From positions 25,384-89,383 of the IMG/VR virus record IMGVR_UViG_3300033121_001944: a stretch of DNA of 64,000 bases; one strand, given 5' to 3'. Numbering within the stretch: the stretch's first letter is position 1; every line of letters starts with the position of its first letter. The position numbers and the translations under genes are program-made. The notes beneath the pieces were generated by a model. The model saw only the letters and a program-made list of their open reading frames with translations. It was not told the origin of the DNA and made no database searches. This DNA comes from a virus. Its lineage: Duplodnaviria > Caudoviricetes. This document shows positions 46,085-54,994 of the stretch, in pieces.

Positions 46085-46944
46085 TAGAGTGCCATTTTCA
46101 GGTTAGAGTAAAGGTCAATCGGATTAATCAAGGATAGCCCGGACATCGTCCCACAATTCATTTCAACAAGCACCCACTCGCCAGCTTCTGTCTCGGCGAC
46201 GTCTAAAACGAAGAAGTTCGTATGAGCAGCAGCTATGACAGCGATTTGCTTGGCAAGGTTCGTGGCAGCGGCTGGCACACCTTCCGGTACGGTTTCAGCT
46301 ATAGCCCAATAGAACGAGCTGGCTAACAGTTTATCTCCCAGGAAGAAGAAACGGTACTCGTTAGACATGGGCATGCCATTAATACCCTCTTCGAGCTTTT
46401 TCAGCGGGACGTATCGGCGATAAAGAATGCCTTGTGTCCCAATCATGCTATCAGCATACAGGTCAGCCCCGATCTCAACAGCCCTCCTGCGATTTTCCGC
46501 AAACATACTATTGTTCCATTGGAATTTGCGGGAGTTAGTCCGCCCCTTGACGACGTAGGCGATATCGGGTGGAGCCTTACTGATGGTGGATTCTGTCCAG
46601 GTCTCAAAGGTGTAGGAGCTAAGCTCGTTGTAATAATGAAAGTCCGCAATCCACTTATGCTCAGCATAAGAATTAATAAGGCGTCCTCCCAACCTACGTA
46701 CATCTTTTTCTAGCTCGTCGTAGTATGGTAACGAACTATAGCGGGGAATCACTAGGCTGCCAGCTTCAATCTCCGTGCGGTACCTCACCGTGGGGAAATA
46801 AATAGAGGCGGCGTCGCACTCATCATCTTCAGCAAGACTGCTACGCAGTAAAATTTGAGCTTTCATATCTCTCCAAGGGCAGTTAAGACAACCTAAATGG
46901 CAGCAGGAGCCCCGACTAAGCAGAAACTCCCGACTTAGTGGCAT
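46084..46944 (-). CDS. ATP-grasp ligase (R2K/DUF4343-like) with N-terminal Cys motif
   Basis: VVKGRTNSRK; NEYRFFF; FFVLDVA...WVLVEMNCGTMSGL; N-terminal CCHLGCLNCPW. Confidence 0.7.
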   Translation of the reverse strand: MPLSREFLLSRGSCCHLGCLNCPWRDMKAQILLRSSLAEDDECDAASIYFPTVRYRTEIEAGSLVIPRYSSLPYYDELEKDVRRLGGRLINSYAEHKWIADFHYYNELSSYTFETWTESTISKAPPDIAYVVKGRTNSRKFQWNNSMFAENRRRAVEIGADLYADSMIGTQGILYRRYVPLKKLEEGINGMPMSNEYRFFFLGDKLLASSFYWAIAETVPEGVPAAATNLAKQIAVIAAAHTNFFVLDVAETEAGEWVLVEMNCGTMSGLSLINPIDLYSNLKMAL

Positions 46945-47153
46945 CGCCCTAATTCGAAGGTCCTCATTACGCCATCAGCCGGCACCTCAATCCCTTTTAA
47001 AGGAAAGAAACGGCGATAAAACTGAATGTACCAAGGCTTGGCGGGAACTTGAATCTCCGCCTGTCTTCCATCTAGCTTTTCAGCCAAGTGTTCTTCACTA
47101 AAAGCCACTTGCCATTTTTGTTGACCAAGAATTCTAAAACGCCATACTCTCAT
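46935..47153 (-). CDS. small hypothetical protein
   Basis: 72 aa within the operon. Confidence 0.5.
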   Translation of the reverse strand: MRVWRFRILGQQKWQVAFSEEHLAEKLDGRQAEIQVPAKPWYIQFYRRFFPLKGIEVPADGVMRTFELGRCH

Positions 47154-47156
47154 TGA

Positions 47157-47693
47157 TTAACCTTCCAATAAAGTAAAAAATTCGATCCGTTTACGTTCGT
47201 CGCCGCCGTTCCATGGTTGAGGGAACAATAAGGCATTGCCGCCGTGCTCCCTGAACTTCTCGACATTTTTCGGACTATCATCAATTAGGACAAGTCCTGA
47301 TTTCGCCATCAACTCCTTACGGGAACCCACCATAACTTCACTTATTTTAATCTTAAAGTGGTGGTAGAGCCAGTCGAGCTTAGCTTGCACGCAGGTCGGG
47401 TCCATAGTTGGCGCCGTTGTAATTACAAAGTTATCTAAACCAATCATTTCAACTAGTGAAGCAGCCCAATCATAAGGCTTAAGATTGAACCAAAAATCAT
47501 AGCCGGTTATTTTATCGTAGAACTCTAACGCGGATATCCCCCAGGACTCAAAAAAGTTCCACGTCAATTTAAATGGTTGTACCGCGAAATAGGCGGGTAT
47601 AGTCATTTCAAACTGATGTACAAGAGGAGAAAAAATCTGTGCCGATATTTTGTTAGATGGGCGAAAATTAATTGTGCATGCAATTAGATTCAT
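47157..47693 (-). CDS. 5'(3')-deoxyribonucleotidase-like HAD protein lacking motif I
   Basis: VITTAP...AKLDWL; LIDDSPKNVEKF...LFPQPWN; no N-terminal DxD. Confidence 0.55.
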   Translation of the reverse strand: MNLIACTINFRPSNKISAQIFSPLVHQFEMTIPAYFAVQPFKLTWNFFESWGISALEFYDKITGYDFWFNLKPYDWAASLVEMIGLDNFVITTAPTMDPTCVQAKLDWLYHHFKIKISEVMVGSRKELMAKSGLVLIDDSPKNVEKFREHGGNALLFPQPWNGGDERKRIEFFTLLEG

Positions 47694-47955
47694 CTAAATC
47701 CCCATCCTTAAACCAAAAATGCCAGTAATTTACTTTCTTCCTTTTTAAAAGGATAAAGCCTTTAGATTTAATATAGTCTATAGCCAGCTCTTGGCTTGCA
47801 AAGAAAAGGTCGCTGGCTTCAAAACTAAAATCTCTCTTCCAAACTAGTCTACCCTTAGGGTATCTTTTTAGCGTGTAGAGATGTACCTGATAAAAATCAG
47901 ATTGACCTGGGAGCCATATTGTATACAGATCTACCATGGCGGCAGTAACGTTCAT
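47668..47955 (-). CDS. hypothetical protein
   Basis: 95 aa; similar to the neighbouring gene. Confidence 0.55.
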   Translation of the reverse strand: MNVTAAMVDLYTIWLPGQSDFYQVHLYTLKRYPKGRLVWKRDFSFEASDLFFASQELAIDYIKSKGFILLKRKKVNYWHFWFKDGDLDESNCMHN

Positions 47956-48206
47956 AGATCCCCCTCTTCATATATATAAACGCTCTTAAATCGCCTTCTA
48001 TTAAGGAGCGTTAAGTCAGCCTTAGAAGCTTGTTCCATAGCCCATTTTTTCTTTTTATAAAAAGGAAGAAGGGGAAACTGGCGTGAAGGAATTTTTGCCC
48101 ACATAAGATGTCCAGATGCCCTAATCAATTTGTAAATATCCAACCAAAAAAAGTACTCTCCATCAGAACCTTTTCGTCGCCTAATGCGAGCTTTGTAAAT
48201 ATCCAT
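47952..48206 (-). CDS. hypothetical basic protein
   Basis: Start at the TAATG overlap with the nrdJ stop. Confidence 0.55.
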   Translation of the reverse strand: MDIYKARIRRRKGSDGEYFFWLDIYKLIRASGHLMWAKIPSRQFPLLPFYKKKKWAMEQASKADLTLLNRRRFKSVYIYEEGDL

Positions 48207-51040
48207 TAGATTACCACGCACGCTCCACCGGCACAAGCAAGTTCGCCAGAAAGATCAGTATAGTCTTCCTCTTCTATAATTTTTGTCAAGTCCACATTGC
48301 TCAAACTTTGGAATAAACGGTTAAATTCTTCCTCAGAAATATCTTCGAAGGGAGCTTGCTTATAAGTGCCGCCATCGTAAGGAAGAACGCTGATACCATT
48401 ATAGATATGACGGTTTTTCCACATCCATTCTCCAATCTCTTCCCATTCGTGGTCCTTAATGGAGACGGTGCAGCTTACATTATGTTGATTTGGACCATCA
48501 AAATGACCAGGAGATACCCACTCCTCCGAGAACCGCTTGACTCTAGCGAGCGTTTCTAATGGGGACTCTGTACGCAGGATTGATCCTGGAGGGGCTTTCT
48601 GTGGTACCCTAATAACGGCAGTATCATGCGGAGAGAAGAACTCATCTTCTACCAACTCTGGATGGTACATCACCATATAACTATATATAGCTTCGTTCTT
48701 ACGTACACGAATAGATCTCAAATAATAATTAGCATGCCAAGCATGAACGCCAGAGGAACAGCCAAGCGTTAATGATGTGGTACCCGCTGGCTTTAGGCAA
48801 GTTTGACGTGCAGCCCTATTTATACCGAGTATATCTGCTAACCTAGCATTCTCTGCGGTTACAATGGTAGCAGCTTGAGTAAGGTCAAATGGAAGCACCT
48901 TCCCAGAACCAATGCCAGTCATTGACACCCCCATAAGAGCGTCCTTCTCGGTATTCTCTCTCCAACAATCGCGAAGATAATGGAAATCTGTATAAGAAGC
49001 TTGCAGCGTAGCAATGAATGCGGCGGCTTTCGCTCTCGCGTTTAAGTCTTCTTGCGATTCAATATCGCCAGCATTTATCTCTACGAGGTTACAAAATTGT
49101 GTTGGTCTTAGAGCGATTTCGCAGCAGTTAGAAACATTACATCCCCCTGTCCAATAAGTGTGAGAGGGACCGCTAACGGTAATATCAAAAACTTCCTCTT
49201 CACTGATAAAATCGACGCTTCTTATATCAAATGATAGCTTTGGTGATGTAGTTTCTACTATCTTAATTTTATCATTTTTATACTGCTGGATAAACCCGAT
49301 GACCTTTATAAATTGTTCGCGATCTCCAGAGATGTTGACGTCGTACGACTCTTTACATGTATAGATCCCATTACTAAATTGAATATCTTTCGCCTTATTG
49401 GTAGTTAGGTACGATCTAATGCCAAGAGAAGATAGCATTATTTGCACTTGTTCAGCTTGTCGAGGCGAAGATGTTTTAAGAGAAATTCTATTTCTGACGA
49501 CCGTACCATTGGCGGAGAATAACCCCCTTAAGAATCCAGCCATCTTGTTGCGGTTTCCAAAAAAGAACCTGTCTGGGACTTTAATGTTATACTTATAGTC
49601 AATTTCCTCATCTGTTATCGTAGTTGTAATTTCCCAGGCATAGTCAGCAATACCATCTCTTTTTTCACCAATCAGGTGAGAAATTTCACTTGAAAAATAA
49701 TCTTCATCCTTACCACCAATATATAAAAGTTTCAAATTATTACTGGCTTTATGCATACTGCCATCGCCAATAACTAGCCCGTCCATTACATCTTGAGGGT
49801 CAATGATAGAGCTTGAGAAAAATGGACCAGCCAATCTATCAATCGACTCGGCTTCATTAACCTCTATTTTCTTCCTATCACTTACAACGCGGTGATTTTC
49901 AGTTCCATAAAAAACGCCAGCATTAGTGCGATAACTATATACCTTCTTAACACCTGTAGACCACTTCTTTGTTACGGTTACCCACCCATCTTCTGACCAG
50001 ATTTGATCTCCCTCTTTGATTTGACCAATTGTGGATATTCCATCGCGAGTTAGTACCGTTGCCCAAGCTGGTTGACAAGGATTCACGCCCCAATTCGGAT
50101 CATTCGTCCAGTAGATGCCCGGCTCTCCACTACCAGAATTCTTAACGATCTCCCAAAAGTCCAGAAAGTCCCGCTTGCGGGCAACGCCACGAATAAAGCA
50201 GGCAGAATTGTTGGCTCTAGCTCTTTGTGGGTTAGCGTCCCACCATGCCCCACTCTTACAGAAGAGCATTTCCTTATCATCTTTGGAAAACAAACAGATC
50301 AATGCGGCTCGCCGTATTCCGCCAGCTAAAACAGCATCAGCAATATGGCAAACAATGTCGTGTACCTCAATAGGCTTTAACTTTGTGCCGCGACCGCGAT
50401 CTGCAATAGCATTTTCAAGAATGGATGTAATGTTAGCTACACACTTGCGGAGAGGCTCCGGTCCTGGGGCTTTACCTCCAGCCGTGATAAGGCGGGCTCC
50501 CTTAGGTCTAATGTCTCTAAAGTCAAAGTCTAGCTCTTTCTTACCATAGAAATAGCTCTCCATGAGGGCTTTGATTGCATCTGCCCACCCCTCAATAGAA
50601 TCACCTACCAAAAATCGCTTCTTCCTTTGGCGACCTTCTGGCTTAAGAACTCCCTGCAAAATTGGCAGCTTTTCAACATGGGCACGCTGAACGGAATAGC
50701 CAACCCCCGTCCCGCCAAGCAAGAGGAACATAGTCTCCGCAAAAGCTTCAATGCAATCTATTGGTAGATATGCACAATTGTATATACGGCTAGGATTTAC
50801 CTCGATTGGCTTGCCAGCGAATTGCATACTTCGCATGCTAGGCAAGACCTTCTTAGGTAAAACGAAATTTCTATAAACATCACGAATTTCGTCAGCTAGC
50901 TCGGGATGCTTCTTAATATGCATATTGGCATTGCGATTACATAGCTCATCCCAAGTCTCTCGCCGTTTTAGCTCTGGCAAGTAACGAGCATACTTCATAT
51001 AAACAGTAATGTCCGACAAGATCTCTTGCGAAATATCCAT
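48206..51040 (-). CDS. nrdJ: class II (B12-dependent) ribonucleotide reductase containing an intein
   Basis: PSMRSMQFAG, NCAY, GGTGVG, RRAA, NP|CCE after splicing, KPAGTTS, C-terminal CAGGAC. Confidence 0.92.
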   Translation of the reverse strand: MDISQEILSDITVYMKYARYLPELKRRETWDELCNRNANMHIKKHPELADEIRDVYRNFVLPKKVLPSMRSMQFAGKPIEVNPSRIYNCAYLPIDCIEAFAETMFLLLGGTGVGYSVQRAHVEKLPILQGVLKPEGRQRKKRFLVGDSIEGWADAIKALMESYFYGKKELDFDFRDIRPKGARLITAGGKAPGPEPLRKCVANITSILENAIADRGRGTKLKPIEVHDIVCHIADAVLAGGIRRAALICLFSKDDKEMLFCKSGAWWDANPQRARANNSACFIRGVARKRDFLDFWEIVKNSGSGEPGIYWTNDPNWGVNPCQPAWATVLTRDGISTIGQIKEGDQIWSEDGWVTVTKKWSTGVKKVYSYRTNAGVFYGTENHRVVSDRKKIEVNEAESIDRLAGPFFSSSIIDPQDVMDGLVIGDGSMHKASNNLKLLYIGGKDEDYFSSEISHLIGEKRDGIADYAWEITTTITDEEIDYKYNIKVPDRFFFGNRNKMAGFLRGLFSANGTVVRNRISLKTSSPRQAEQVQIMLSSLGIRSYLTTNKAKDIQFSNGIYTCKESYDVNISGDREQFIKVIGFIQQYKNDKIKIVETTSPKLSFDIRSVDFISEEEVFDITVSGPSHTYWTGGCNVSNCCEIALRPTQFCNLVEINAGDIESQEDLNARAKAAAFIATLQASYTDFHYLRDCWRENTEKDALMGVSMTGIGSGKVLPFDLTQAATIVTAENARLADILGINRAARQTCLKPAGTTSLTLGCSSGVHAWHANYYLRSIRVRKNEAIYSYMVMYHPELVEDEFFSPHDTAVIRVPQKAPPGSILRTESPLETLARVKRFSEEWVSPGHFDGPNQHNVSCTVSIKDHEWEEIGEWMWKNRHIYNGISVLPYDGGTYKQAPFEDISEEEFNRLFQSLSNVDLTKIIEEEDYTDLSGELACAGGACVVI
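49127..50077 (-). mobile_element. intein (317 aa) with LAGLIDADG-type homing endonuclease
   Basis: Starts CQPAWATVLTRDG; T.NHR block B; GLVIGDGS and GLFSANG; VFDITV...; ends VSN before Cys+1. Confidence 0.92.
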
Positions 51041-51062
51041 TCTTTCTTTCTTCTCTTATATA

Positions 51063-51326
51063 TTATTTTAATATGACATTGTATGACCCCTGTGGTACGA
51101 CATAGATAGGACCGTTACCGAGATATAATTGGGGGTAGTTGTAGTTGGGGGTCAAATAATAAGATTGGCGGTAGGGTGCCGGATTTATTTGTTGTCTGGC
51201 GACTTGCCGCTCACGATACTGGCGAACTTCTGCCAGCCCCGGATAATAATTTTCCGCATAATTAAAACGAACCACAAGGGCGAAAACAATACCTTTAAAG
51301 ATTGTCGTAACATATTTTCCCATCAA
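51063..51326 (-). CDS. small exported/membrane protein, Y/P/Q-rich
   Basis: Hydrophobic N-terminus; YYLTPNYNYPQLY. Confidence 0.45.
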   Translation of the reverse strand: MMGKYVTTIFKGIVFALVVRFNYAENYYPGLAEVRQYRERQVARQQINPAPYRQSYYLTPNYNYPQLYLGNGPIYVVPQGSYNVILK

Positions 51327-51912
51327 TAAAATCTTTCAAGTGGTTAAGGGGGCGAAGGTCCCTATGTAGAAGTCGCGTGTTTAAATGTACACCCCTCGTA
51401 GAAGGTGTTACGGGGACTTTTTCAATTTCACTTCTAACATTATAACCAAGCAAACAAACTTGGGCAGACCAATGAACGGGAAAATCATAAACTATATATG
51501 AGCCAACGTAAACATCTTTTAATGGGTGAAATTTGCCCCCCTCAAATTCCCGACGCACAATCAAGTTCATCTGATAGTTACGATAAGCACATTTAACATC
51601 AATACTATGTCCATTAATTATAAAATCGGAATGGTCTCCACCCGGCTTATAAGATAGATCTAATGGGAGACCCGACCAAATAGAAAAAGCGGCTTCACCC
51701 AAAAGCCCAGTCCGTTGAACTTTAAATGGGTCGCTGCCGCTGTTAATAATGCCTTTGCCGTAAGATGTGCATTTTTTACCGCACGCCATCTGGCTGGACG
51801 CTCGCTTTACCCTCTCATAAAGGTCGCCATCAATCGAAATAAGGACGGATGATAAGTTGATCTTTCCCATACTCGACGTTTGCCCAACTGAAGAATGTTC
51901 GCGTATATTCAT
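51295..51912 (-). CDS. putative restriction-fold (PD-(D/E)XK) nuclease
   Basis: GLLGEAAF...DFII...IDVKC; start uncertain. Confidence 0.55.
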   Translation of the reverse strand: MNIREHSSVGQTSSMGKINLSSVLISIDGDLYERVKRASSQMACGKKCTSYGKGIINSGSDPFKVQRTGLLGEAAFSIWSGLPLDLSYKPGGDHSDFIINGHSIDVKCAYRNYQMNLIVRREFEGGKFHPLKDVYVGSYIVYDFPVHWSAQVCLLGYNVRSEIEKVPVTPSTRGVHLNTRLLHRDLRPLNHLKDFIDGKICYDNL

Positions 51913-52489
51913 TATCTTGACTGATCACTATCCAGTTATGGCACGGGTAAAGAGACTCGCTTAGTCTCCACATATCAGCTTTGTTTATAGCGGGCAACTC
52001 TAAATATATCAGGTCATCTTCAGTTCTATCATTTAGAACAGTTTCGAAGTCCCAAGATGTAAAACGACAGGCTTGCTTCTTTAATAAAGCGTTGGCTGAA
52101 CGAACATATCGTAATAATGTTTGTGGATTCCAAATATCTCCATCTTGCATGATTATCAATTTCTTGAGGGCGGTATCCGTCAACTCCTCTACATCACTCG
52201 GTATTCTCTTAAGAGAGGACAGTTCTGCGGAGAAGTAAGCGGTATCATACTGATGGGGCATATACTTACTAATTTTATTAGCAAACTTTCGTGGATGAAC
52301 CAAGATCGTTCGCCAAAGTGAAGCTACGGCGGGGTCCGCATCGTTTACCCATACAAACTCAAATTTCCTGCCACGCAACGTGAGGAGGATCTCTGTGCTC
52401 GTATCCATAAATGGAATAATCAGGCGAGAGCCTTCCATTTGTTGTAGGTAGGACTCTACTTTCTTATAAAAGTATTTTGCTGCAAACAT
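51830..52489 (-). CDS. degenerate Dam-like (D12) methyltransferase-fold protein
   Basis: IPFMDTS (motif I position), WVNDAD, WDFETV, DLIYLELPA instead of DPPY. Confidence 0.65.
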   Translation of the reverse strand: MFAAKYFYKKVESYLQQMEGSRLIIPFMDTSTEILLTLRGRKFEFVWVNDADPAVASLWRTILVHPRKFANKISKYMPHQYDTAYFSAELSSLKRIPSDVEELTDTALKKLIIMQDGDIWNPQTLLRYVRSANALLKKQACRFTSWDFETVLNDRTEDDLIYLELPAINKADMWRLSESLYPCHNWIVISQDNEYTRTFFSWANVEYGKDQLIIRPYFD

Positions 52490-52707
52490 TAGTGTGTACT
52501 AAAAGATCCACTTCCATCCATTGTCACATACTCATTAACCTTGCTGCCGATATCCGCAAGAACATTATCTAGCTCATTAGCCCGCACTTTATAAGTTTTC
52601 CGGGCGTGCTTAATAAATTGAGCTACATGTTGAGTATCGTTTCCAAGTGAGCTAAAAAGTTCTTTCCAGTTGTTGTCAATCAACGTCTTCTTGTGGATCT
52701 TGAACAT
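52489..52707 (-). CDS. small hypothetical protein
   Basis: MFKIHKK...; probable start inside the track ORF. Confidence 0.45.
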   Translation of the reverse strand: MFKIHKKTLIDNNWKELFSSLGNDTQHVAQFIKHARKTYKVRANELDNVLADIGSKVNEYVTMDGSGSFSTH

Positions 52708-52870
52708 GCTTCTTTTTCGCTTTCTTTCGTAAATGTGTTCCGTTTCTGTTCCAGAATTCCCAAATATCATAACCATTCTCGGCAGCGTGCCGCTTCGCCT
52801 TAGGAACTCCATCAGCAGTATAAATTACATTACCCAAATTGTCTCGTTGTAAAACAGTAATTTCGAACAT
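52676..52870 (-). CDS. small hypothetical protein
   Basis: GGAGG RBS, ATG at 52870. Confidence 0.55.
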   Translation of the reverse strand: MFEITVLQRDNLGNVIYTADGVPKAKRHAAENGYDIWEFWNRNGTHLRKKAKKKHVQDPQEDVD

Positions 52871-52907
52871 AAAAAAACCCTCCAAAGATAATTATACCTC
52901 TGGAGGG
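52871..52907 (-). terminator. intrinsic terminator after 52940-53671
   Basis: CCCUCCAGAG/CUUUGGAGGG 10-bp stem plus U7. Confidence 0.8.
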
Positions 52908-52919
52908 CTATTCTAACAA
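52891..52919 (-). promoter_or_regulatory. sigma70-like promoter overlapping the terminator
   Basis: TTGTTA-17 nt-TATAAT, with the -10 box in the hairpin loop. Confidence 0.55.
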
Positions 52920-52939
52920 GCTTAAATTATATAATATAA

Positions 52940-53671
52940 CTAAGCTGGGTCGCGTAGCCCCGTGTTATCGGGATTCGTTAGGTCTGCACTTTGCACCTTT
53001 GTTCCAATCGACATAACAACAGTTGGGTTATCATTTAGACCGTGATCAGCACTAAAGGTAACGTCCGTTGAAGTAATATCGCATTTATCAATGTTCCCGA
53101 GGAACGTATTCCAGTTTACTGCATAAACGTGAGATCGGTAGCCACGGAAATCATGAAGAGTTTCTTTATCATTAGAAAGATTAGTTTTGAGAGATTCATT
53201 GGTTTGACCAGCAATCTCATCAGTATTTGTCATAATGATGAAGTCGCCCTGGTTATCGCTATAATCCATCGTCCCCGTAGCTTGGCTAAAGACGCCAAAG
53301 GTGCCGATGCCTGTACACGAATTGTATGGGGTGCTCGTAATGCCATAATTTCCAGAGACCTGGATAACCCGATAAGTGCCATTAAACGGATAGGAAGCTT
53401 TAGTGACATTGTAAACAGCCCCAAGCGTTGGAGCTGAGGCAAACTGCAAAGTGACATTACTCAAAACGCCAGTAATGCCAGTTAGGGCGGTCGTCGTGGT
53501 TTGACGGATGGTCGTAGCGTCGGGAGTCCCAACAGCTTTATTACCATCGTCCTTCAGGTGTGAATGGGCTGGCTTAATATCAGTAACGTCAGATCGACTG
53601 GTCGTACCGAGACCGGCTACTACGCTACCATTTTTTTGGGCTGTAGAGCCCGTGATGTAAAAACTTGACAT
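52940..53671 (-). CDS. putative virion/decoration-like protein
   Basis: T/G/S-rich 243 aa, AAGGAGG RBS, own terminator. Confidence 0.5.
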   Translation of the reverse strand: MSSFYITGSTAQKNGSVVAGLGTTSRSDVTDIKPAHSHLKDDGNKAVGTPDATTIRQTTTTALTGITGVLSNVTLQFASAPTLGAVYNVTKASYPFNGTYRVIQVSGNYGITSTPYNSCTGIGTFGVFSQATGTMDYSDNQGDFIIMTNTDEIAGQTNESLKTNLSNDKETLHDFRGYRSHVYAVNWNTFLGNIDKCDITSTDVTFSADHGLNDNPTVVMSIGTKVQSADLTNPDNTGLRDPA

Positions 53672-53695
53672 ACTTTCCTCCTTTGGAATGTATAT

Positions 53696-54082
53696 CTATA
53701 CACCTTCTAGCTCTCCACCGTCGTCCTGTTGCCCTAACTTGTTATTATAAAAGAAGTTATTGATGACAACCTTAACCTGCTCTTTCACTTCATTTACATC
53801 AAAAAGCTTCGCTATATTCACCATAGCTTTGTATCGCGATAAAGGTGTAAATCTTTCGATACCTGGGATGCGAGCGATCTTACGGCACCTTTGATTCGAT
53901 AAGTTAAAGTTAGTATTAAGGATATGGAAGTTGTGTTCTCGCTCCAAGTATTTGTCGATCAACATCTCGCCTATGTTCCTTGGTCCATCATCATCATCTT
54001 CATCAAAATTAAGGTCAACTCCCGTCCCCTTAAGTAATTCTGACAGATCAATATCTTCCCAGTCGATCATAATTTTATGCAT
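53696..54082 (-). CDS. hypothetical acidic protein
   Basis: 128 aa, coupled start. Confidence 0.55.
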   Translation of the reverse strand: MHKIMIDWEDIDLSELLKGTGVDLNFDEDDDDGPRNIGEMLIDKYLEREHNFHILNTNFNLSNQRCRKIARIPGIERFTPLSRYKAMVNIAKLFDVNEVKEQVKVVINNFFYNNKLGQQDDGGELEGV

Positions 54083-54492
54083 CAGCGCTGCTCCGGCATC
54101 AATGGTTGAAAAGAATCAATGAATGGCAGTTCCTCTCCATCTTCTTGAAGTTTAGCCCACCTTCTAATGATTTTATTAGCTACCTCTATTTTGGAACTAT
54201 CGGCTCCAGCGAGATATGTTAAAGTCATTAGAATTTGCTTATTTAACGTTCCATTAGTGATAGCGTCCAGCAAGATAGCTGATTCGCGGTAGGTCTTTTT
54301 ATCAAAGTCCCAAAGTACATGAACGTCTATTTGTCTACTTTTAGTGAGACCTACTCTAATTTCAAAAATGTAGTTAGAGTCATCTTTAGATCCCGCCAGC
54401 CCCATTTCTTGAAGAATCTTAACAACTTCCTCAACCTGTTCAGGGGGCACGTCTTTTAGCTCTGGAATAAATTTATTTTCAGATTCGCTCAT
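54082..54492 (-). CDS. hypothetical protein
   Basis: 136 aa. Confidence 0.55.
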   Translation of the reverse strand: MSESENKFIPELKDVPPEQVEEVVKILQEMGLAGSKDDSNYIFEIRVGLTKSRQIDVHVLWDFDKKTYRESAILLDAITNGTLNKQILMTLTYLAGADSSKIEVANKIIRRWAKLQEDGEELPFIDSFQPLMPEQR

Positions 54493-54994
54493 CTATAAAT
54501 CCTAATTTAAGTGCCTCGTCACTGGATAAATACCAGTCCTTTTGAAGTCTACTCTTAAGCGCGGCTTTAGTCAAGTTGCTACGTTTTGAATAAATATCCA
54601 GCATACACTCTTGAGAGAATTTAGATGTTTTTAAAAATGTCTCAAGATTAGGAATTGTATTCTCAGCACTAATAGTTAGTCCGTGCAACATCATAATAGA
54701 GTTAACTGTCATAACTCGACGGTCAGCCGCTTGCAATATGAGGGTGGCAGCAGATGCCACTTCGCCAACTCCCACAATTGTGACGTGAAATTCCAGTGAT
54801 TGAATCAGATCGTATAAGCCAAGACCAAATCCAACCTCTCCACCGGGACTACTTAAATAGATTGTTATGGGGTCTTTTTTAAGAGATCGTAAGTGACAAA
54901 TATCTTTAACAAGAGCGCGACTAAATTCATTATCGATCTCGCCAAATGCGAATATTTCGCGGCTCTTAGTTAAGAGGTCATCATCATCTTTCAT
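54479..54994 (-). CDS. clpP: ClpP-like serine protease
   Basis: IYLSSPGG; GEVASAAT (Ser); MMLH (His); DWYLSSDEALKLGFID (Asp). Confidence 0.92.
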   Translation of the reverse strand: MKDDDDLLTKSREIFAFGEIDNEFSRALVKDICHLRSLKKDPITIYLSSPGGEVGFGLGLYDLIQSLEFHVTIVGVGEVASAATLILQAADRRVMTVNSIMMLHGLTISAENTIPNLETFLKTSKFSQECMLDIYSKRSNLTKAALKSRLQKDWYLSSDEALKLGFIDERI

